64,000 nucleotides of DNA, taken from assembly GCF_009914755.1 (NCBI RefSeq), contig NC_060929.1; one strand, written 5' to 3'. The position numbers and the translations under genes are program-made. The DNA is from the human T2T-CHM13v2.0 reference genome, Homo sapiens. This document shows positions 52,609 to 64,000 of the stretch, piece after piece. Under the pieces are notes generated by a model. That model ran no database searches, was not told the DNA's origin, and saw only the letters and a list, made by a program, of their open reading frames with translations. How positions within the stretch are numbered: position 1 is the first letter of the stretch; the number at the start of each line of letters is the position of its first letter.

Positions 52609-53349
52609 GTAAGTAGCATCTCTCTTAGTTTGATAGACTGAGTGTAAAAATGAGTATTTGCATATAATTGGTTTTTGTTGTTTTTGTGCCTTTCTGCTTA
52701 AAAAAAATATCCAGCAGTGCACACAAAAGCTGGATCTGGATCTTGGTATTACAACAATCTTTGCTTTGTTGGTACAGAGGCCTACGGCTACTTGGAAGAC
52801 CAGGATGAGGAGGGTGGGGTTCTATTTCCCTTCTAAGTTGAAAATGCTTCTTTTCACTTACTTGTTTAATTGAAAGGTTGGGTTGGGTTCTTTCACTCTA
52901 GGAATGTGGTTCTGCTATTTCTGGTTTTGAAGTTTAGGTGAGGGTGAGAGGAAGTTACTGAGCAGAGGTCAGTGCTGTGCTCAGCCTCTCCTTTTGCCTA
53001 TAATTGTTGGATCTCATAAACAGAAGGGAGGACATTTCACATTAATCAACCCTGCCCACATACATTTCTGTTAAACTAGAAGACTTCATTTGAATCCAGG
53101 AATTGTGGTATTTCATTTGCTGTGCTAGGTCCTCAGTATTGCTGGGAGATGTGAAACCTCAGTGAACGTCTGGCCTAGGGTAGGTGTCATATGATAATTG
53201 AAATGGTATCTCTGTGGTGGAAACACTTACCCTAAAGCTCAATTCTAATTCCACCTAATGACTAGTGAGAGAAGACTATTGGAGATAATTGGTATGGACG
53301 GGGATGTAATTTTTGCCTAAGGATGATGAAGTCGTTATTTTTACATATA

Positions 53350-55957
<2,608 letters not shown>

Positions 55958-56189
55958 TAATTCTAGAACTCTAAGTTCCTTTGGAGACTGAAAAAGCCCA
56001 AAAAATTTCCTTTCAGCTAGTTTGAATGTCTATGTTAAAGGTGTATCTACTGGAAATAACTTTTTTGTTACTTCGAAGTGTTTTTTTGTTTGTTTTGTTT
56101 TTGAGACGGAGTCTCACTCCGTTACCCAGGCTGGAGTGCAGTAGTGCGATCTCAGTTCACTGCAACCTCCGTCTCCTGGGTTCAAGTGA

Positions 56190-56423
<234 letters not shown>

Positions 56424-56940
56424 TAGTGGGCCATGATATATGAGATTTACTCTGAGTGCATAGTTGTTTTGGTATTCAGACTTGATCTTGCTGTTGATTT
56501 CAATTGTGAATGATTTGGAGAAAGCACATTTTCTCTGTTCTTCTCTTTGGATTTTGACAAAAACTAAAGCACTTGAGAGTGTTAGGGACAAGGGTACGCA
56601 AGAGAGATGCAATCCTTCTAAGTTTTTTTTTTTCATCATTTGTTTGAGATGCTGTTTCACTCTGTCGCCCAGACCTATAGTGCAGTGGTGTGATCATAGC
56701 TCACTGTGACCTTGAACTCCTGGGCTCAAGCAGTCCTCTTGCTTCATAGCTCACTTTAGCCAGGACCACAGGTATGTGCCACTATGGCTGGCTAATTTTT
56801 TATTTTTATTTTTGTAGAGAAGGGGTCTTGCTTTGTTGCCCAGGATAGTCTTGAACTCCTGGCCTTAAGTGATCCTCCTGCCTCAGCCTCTAAAATTTTT
56901 AAGCTATGATTTGCAGAACTTTTTTTTTCTCCTTTTTCAT

Positions 56941-57043
56941 GTCAGATGGGTAATGTGCCAATATTGTAACAAGATTTGAGGGTGGGACATTTCACACATG
57001 CGTGTGAACACCCAATCATCATGCTCATCAACTATAAAAGGAC
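56941..57043 (-). ncRNA. U13/SNORD13 snoRNA retrocopy (SNORD13B-type)
   Basis: Reverse complement GTCCTTTTATAGTTGATGAGCATGATGATTGGGTGTTCACACGCATGTGTGAAATG...CACATTACCCATCTGAC is colinear with U13. Poly(A) remnant at 56920-56937; TSD ATTTGCAGAACTTT at 56909-56922 and 57046-57059. Confidence 0.92.
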
Positions 57044-59465
57044 CAATTTGCAGAACTTTCATACATACAAAATGTATATCTATACTGCATCTTGGCACCA
57101 GCTGTTCCTCTAAATTGTAAGGCCTGCGTGGTTACACAGCATTCCCTGGTGTTGTCCCTTTTCACAAAAACCAGGATAGTTTCACAAATTCATTTGAAAT
57201 TAATTTGAAAGTCTTATTCCTTAAGTATTAATCTTTCTTATTCTTGAATACTTTATGTAGTGGAAAATTTAAAAGGGACAAAAGGTACCAGCTAGCTAGT
57301 TCCTCTCCCCAGAGGCAACTAATGTCATCACTTTCTATTTCTCCACAGATTTTAAAACATAAAGATACTGGCCAAAGTACATTGATTCCCCCACCCCCCC
57401 TTAAAATACTAGCATACCAGAGCTGGGCACAGTGGCTCATGCCTGTAATTCCAGCACTTCGGGAGGCTGAGGTGGGTGGATTGCTTGAGCCTAGGAGTTC
57501 GAGAACACCCTGGGCATTATTGCTAAACCCCCTCTCTACAAAAAATATAAAGATTTGCCAGGTATGGTGGCACATGCCTCTAGTCCTAGCTACTTGGGAG
57601 GCTGAGGTGGGAGGATTGATTGAGCCCAGGAGGTCAAGCCTGCAGTGAGCCAAGACCGTGCCACTCCACTTCAGTCTGGGTGACAGAGTGAGACCCTGTT
57701 TCAAAAAAAAGAAAAAGAAAATATTAGCATACCAAATGTATCATTAGCAATATATTTTATCTTGGATATTGTCCATATCACTATGCAATGAGTTGCCTGA
57801 TTCTGTTTTATTTTTTTAATTATAATCAAGAAGAAGCACTATTGTGTTTTATAGCTGTATAATATTCTACCAAATAGGTATACTTTATTTATTTTATTAT
57901 TATTATTTTTTGAGGCAGAGTCTCGCTCCGTTGCCCAGGCTGGAGTACAGTGGCGCGATCTCGGCTCACTGCAACCTCTGCCTCCCAGGTTCAAGTGCCT
58001 CCCGAGTAGCCTGCCTTAGCCTCCTGAGTAGCTGGGATTACAGGCACCCACCACCACGCCTGGCTAATTTTTAGTAGAGATGGGGTTTTGTCATGTTGGC
58101 CAGGCTGGTCTTGAACTCCTGACCTCAACTGATCTGCCTGCTTTAGCCTCCCAAAGTGTTGGGATTACAGGCATGAGCCACCGCACCTGGCTGGTATACT
58201 TAATGTATTAATCCTATATGATGCACACTTTCCCCCAATGTTTTGTTATTACAGACCACAAATGTATAAGGAATAACCTTATACATTTATCACTTTATAC
58301 ATATGTGAATGTATCTGGAGGCAGAATTGCTGAGCTAAAATAAATGTGCATTTTTTCATTTTGATAGATGTAGTAAAAGTTTTATTTCTTAAGGATTGTA
58401 CTAGTTTCTACTCCAAACTTATGCCCCAGAATTTTTTTTGAAGGTCTGGAAAGTGCAAACACGATGCTTCATTTTAGAACCCAGATGAATGGGTGAATGG
58501 GAGTGGTACTAAGAGATACTAATGCACAATATCTCCCCCAGAGCATGGTAATGATGGAAGGATTTTACAGCCTCTGGGGGGCAATAGAAATTGTAAAGTG
58601 TTGTTCATAGTAGAGTACTGAGTGCTATAGAGGATTCAGAGGACACCCACTTGAATGGGAATAAGAACACATAAGTCATAGCCTGTCTTTCCTAAGGCAT
58701 TCTTGCAAGTGCTTAGTAACCCATGAGCACCTCTCTTCCTCACCATGCTAGTGGATAGAGAAGGAATTAGATGGAGAACATTGTGTCCATCCACCCATCC
58801 GTGCCAAGGATGAGGTAAATCAGTATTAAGATGTTTTTTTCTCCCAACGCGTAATGTACATTCCATAAAAAGAGCACTAATCTTGAGTATACAGCTTGAT
58901 GAGTTTTCCCATCTATGACCACTTAACTCCCACCACCAAGATACATTTTGAGCCCTACATAAGGTCCCCATGTGCCCTTTCTCCATCAATACCCACCCAC
59001 ACCCACCCCAAGGTAACAGCTATTTTGATGTCTGTCACCATCTGTTAGTGAACGTGTTATTATTGGACTTTAAATAAAATGGAATAATGCAGTTTACTCT
59101 CATATCTGGTTCCTTTTGCTTATAATGTCCCATACCTTAGAATTTTAAGGCAGTCAGCTCTGAGAATTAATCCTGCATCAGGGGACACCAGAATTTAGCT
59201 GAAGATGGTTGCCTCTCCAAACCTACTAAACGAACTTGGGAGAGCCCTATTAGGTACACTCTCCACTATCCTGTCCACACCCAGGTTGAATTACCCTTCA
59301 TAAATCAAGGAAGTTGAATGTTGCTGCAATGCAAAGCTTTCAAAGAAGGCTGACTCCTTGCATTGCTAAATGAGACCATTGTTTGGTAGTAATAGGCTGG
59401 TAGGATGATGTTAGGACTTTTATGCAAGTTAGAGGAGTTATAGAAGCCCAGTTTAAACTAGTTTA

Positions 59466-59636
<171 letters not shown>

Positions 59637-59942
59637 TTATCTGAGTCACGTGAGGCCCAAGGACGTCTGTAGCTTCAGTCATGGCATAATCGAAGGATTC
59701 AGAAGATAGCAGGGCTGTTATGTGCTCTCTTTCATCTGTCGGTATGTTGGCTTTCTTCTCAGTTCAGCTTCTGTTGTGACAGGATAGCCATCTACATTTA
59801 TTTATTTATTTATTTTTACTTTTTAGAGATAGGGTCTCACTGTTTCACACAGGCTGGAGTCCAGTGGTGTGATCATAGCTCACTGAATCCTCAAATTCCT
59901 GCACTCAAGTGATCCTTCTGCCTCAGCCTCCTGAGTAGCTAG

Positions 59943-60104
<162 letters not shown>

Positions 60105-61299
60105 TGAGTAGCTGGGATCACAGGCTTGCACCACCATGCTCAGCTAATTTTTGTATTTTTAGTAGAGACAGGGGTTTCAACATGTTGGCCAGATCGGTCT
60201 CAAACTCCTAACCTCAAGTGATCCCCCTGCCTCAGCCTCCCAAAGTGCTGGGATTATACAAGTGTGAGCTACCGCACCTGGCCGGCTTGTTCTTTTTATT
60301 CTTCAGTCATTTGTTTTATTCTCTCTCACACTCCTTCACGCTGCCTTTATTGCTCCTACCTTGCCCTGACTCTCAGCAGAATTGTTGTGCACTTTCCTCC
60401 ACCCCTGTTTTGCAGCCTCCGTGAGAACATGGACCTGGTCTTCCCAGGGTCACCTGGCTCAGTACTCTATGCATGTCAGGTGTTCAGGACAATTACTGAA
60501 TTGAAAACACATGCATAAGAATCCTTCTTTTCTGATTACACACAGCATCAGTGAAGGCAGAGAAACAACCCATGATCAACAATGCCATGACTATTAGAAT
60601 GACGTTTGTTGTACACACTGTATTTTAGAGCTGCTACCATTATTGGGAGGCATATCTAAGTCTTGCTAATCAGAGAACATTCTCCTGGCTTCAAGGATGA
60701 CAGTGACCCAAAAAGGGCCAATCAGAATCTTTTTGCTATGTAAGCTTTGGGAAAGAAAACTTCATGCTGGGCTGGAAAGATCAACGCAGCTTGGGAAATG
60801 TGGAAGGCTCAGCCTGGGCAACAGAGTGAGACCCTGTCTCTACAAAAAAATTAAAAATTAGCCCAGTGTGGTGTTGCTCACACCTGTAGTCAATACTTTT
60901 CTTGTGAAACATTTTGCTTTTAGCTTTCATGCTAGATCAAGTATGTTAATATTTTAAAGGGGTGTAGGAGGAGGGGAGGAAAACTTCGAAGTTAAAGATA
61001 TATCAATATCTAATATCATAAAAATTCTGGCAGGAGGCCTACTTTGATGTTTTACTTTTTGTTTTTATGTTTTTTTCTAATTTCTTTTGCCCTTTAGTTC
61101 CCTCCCTCTTTGGCCCCACCCCTAAAATGAATCCACTGCATTCTAAAGGTTTTGTTTTTCTACCTCAAAGAAGAGGCATAGTACCTGGCAGTTTTGGCAG
61201 AGTGTCTAGGAACTTGTTAATCATTGACTCATGGAGAAAGTCACATTTTCTCTCCATTAGAAGTAACATTAGCATAGCACACAAAGCCATATTACCTGA

Positions 61300-61596
<297 letters not shown>

Positions 61597-62683
61597 TAAA
61601 TCTTGAAAGAAGAAATAAATACTACCCCCACCTGCATCTACACACACATACCCCAAAGTTTAGAGTCTGCAAGAAATTGTGTGCTTAGAAATCTAAGACT
61701 CTGACAACAGTTACAGCAAAGCACATGTGGATCACCTAGAAAAGGGACTAAACCTGGAAGAGCTCAGTATGATAGTTTATGTAAATTGGCAGCAAAAAGA
61801 AACGCTTCAGACATTTTAAATAGTTGATTGGAATGGCAAGGCTGATGCTTGGAAAGTCTTAGGCCCATTCTTTGGTGTTTTCATTTCTGTTCTTGCCCTT
61901 TTCTACAAGAAAATGAAACTTCGTATTTCTTTTACTCAGAAGTAGTTCCCACTTTCAACTTTGGTATTTTATTCCTCAGTTAGGGTTATTTTCATGTTTG
62001 TGTCCGAAACATGCAATTGTGATGCAACTTTAAATAATTGTATTAGAAGAAAATAGTAAGTGTGTAATGGTAACCCTTCTATTCATTCTACGTGGCTTCA
62101 GGATTAACAGCAATTTTAAAAAGAATCCTAAAGGAACTCTTTAATTTATTGCAATGTAAAGCTTTTTACTTTTTTAGTTTAGATATTTAGTTTATTTTGC
62201 AAGATTTTATCTTAATATGATAATTGATATATGGTAGTATAAGATCAATATTACAAAGAGCATGTGTGCATTCTTCCCCATGCAGCATTCCAGGGAACTA
62301 GAAGAGCCTGTAGAAAAGAATGATCACTGTTTTCCTGACAGCCTTTGTAGAGTAAGTCCCTGGCACAGGTCAAGTAAACACCTCTTATAGATCAGCCTGA
62401 ACTTTTTAAAATGAAATCTGAGATCCATTGTACTTAGAAGGTATAAAAATGGCTACTCCCCTTTAAATTGGAACCTACTACTTGTGTGTATTAGAGGACT
62501 CTGAACTGCTGTCAAATTGAATGCAGAAAACGAGGCATCTGCTCAGTGTTGAACATCTGAAGTCCTCGCGTGAGTGCACCTGCGTGCAGATGTCTGCTGG
62601 TGTTTATTATGGCTGTGCTCTGTGATTACAGTGCACTGGCAAAGGGCTGTAGTGTACTGAACAATGATGCCTGTTTTTATTAG

Positions 62684-62899
62684 GGTTCCTGAAGTGGTTC
62701 AGGAGCTTCCATTAACTTCGCCTGTGGATGACTTCAGGCAGCCTCGTTACAGCAGCGGTGGTAACTTTGAGACACCTTCAAAAAGAGCACCTGCAAAGGG
62801 AAGAGCAGGAAGGTCAAAGAGAACAGAGCAAGATCACTATGAGACAGACTACACAACTGGCGGCGAGTCCTGTGATGAGCTGGAGGAGGACTGGATCAG
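62684..62899 (+). CDS. OCLN: Occludin exon 6 (216 nt): [13 protein letters not shown]...[20 protein letters not shown](R)
   Basis: Acceptor tgtttttattag|G, donor AG|gtaccg; includes the [11 protein letters not shown] phospho-regulatory cluster (Y398/T403/T404/S408 region). Confidence 0.97.
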
Positions 62900-64000
62900 G
62901 TACCGACTCAGCTCTCCTTTCCTGGCCCACGTGCTCCTTCTGATAATTAAAGGAGACCAACCAGGTGTTGGAGTTATTGCCTCCCAAATTGAGGTCACTG
63001 GTGTAATTTCATTCTTTGCCAACCAGGACTGGAGACAGTTTTTTGTGTGGTGTTGGCTGGTTTTTTCCTTAGCACCCTTTTGTGACAAAGTTTGAAGTGG
63101 AGAGAATGTTTGGCAGTAACCATGTCTTTGAACTTTGGCAGTAACCACTTTGAACTTTCCACAGTGTGGCTGGTGAACTTCACCAGTGCTCTTTCTTATA
63201 CCAATAGTCACGGAAGAAAGATGTCCTAGCACTTTGGGAGGCTAAGGCTAAGAGTTCAAGACCAGCCAGGCATAGTGGTGTGGGCCTGTAGTTCCAGCTA
63301 CTCGGGAGGCTGAGGCTGAGGCAGGAGGATTGCTTAAGCCCAGGAGTTCAAGGCTGCAGTGAGCTATAATTGCATCATTGCACCCCAGGCTGGGTGATAG
63401 AGCTAGACCCTATCTCAAAAAACAACCAAAGGCCTTTCAAATAAATAAAATCCAGGTATAGAAGAACTTTGTTTTACTAATTATAAAATTCCCAAACCAG
63501 TGCTATGGTTTTCCTTTGGCATTACTTTTTTTTTTTTTGAGACGGAGTCTTGCTCTGTCGCCCAGGCTGGAGTGCAATGGCACGATCTCGGCTCGGTGCA
63601 ACCTCTGCCTTCCGGGTTCAAGCAATTCCTGCCTCAGCCTACCAAGTAGCTGGGATTACAGGCGCCCACCACCATGCCCGGCTAATTATTGTATTTTTAG
63701 TAGAGACGGGTTTCACCATGTTGGCCAGGCTGATCTTGAAAATCCTGACCTCAGATGATCTCCCTGCCTCGGCCTCCCAAAGTGCTGGGATTACAGGAGT
63801 GAGCCACCGCGCCTGGCCGGCAATTATTTTTTAAATTAAGCTTAAAATGATAAGACGAGAGTTTCTTTTAAAGTTTAATCCAAAGAGTTCCGTAAACAAT
63901 TGAGGTAACAATTTAGTGTTCAGCCACAGTTGTGGTTAAGTTTCTTTGTGTTTTGGTGGTTTTGTTACAATCCATCCACCATCACCAAATGTATTTGTGT

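Overview
Human (hominid) genomic DNA covering the 5' two-thirds of OCLN (occludin, tight-junction tetraspan protein; 5q13.2 by established knowledge) on the + strand. It contains ~10 kb of repeat-rich upstream DNA, a CpG-island promoter (~9.9-11.65 kb) with alternative non-coding first exons, and coding exons 2-6 (21883-21932, 26779-27457, 31588-31749, 52463-52608, 62684-62899). These splice in frame to residues 1-418 (MSSRPLESPPPY...DELEEDWIR); exons 7-9 lie beyond the window. The introns are dense in Alus and also hold a full-length antisense SVA 420 bp after exon 4, a near-consensus AluYa5, U6 and U13/SNORD13 retrocopies, LTRs, Tigger/hAT DNA-transposon fossils, L1/L2/MIR fragments and a palindromic (TG)/(TA)/(CA) microsatellite. 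Almost every ORF in the supplied track is an Alu, SVA, GC-rich or microsatellite artefact. I see no convincing wholly new biological system. The best leads are regulatory or splicing hypotheses: an antisense exon and a sense poison exon in a unique intron-3 block, an exon-6 read-through C-terminus, Alu geometry around exon 3, SVA effects on TM4-exon splicing, and a forkhead motif inside the reported GRE. Repeat subfamily names come from recalled consensus sequences and need RepeatMasker/Dfam confirmation.
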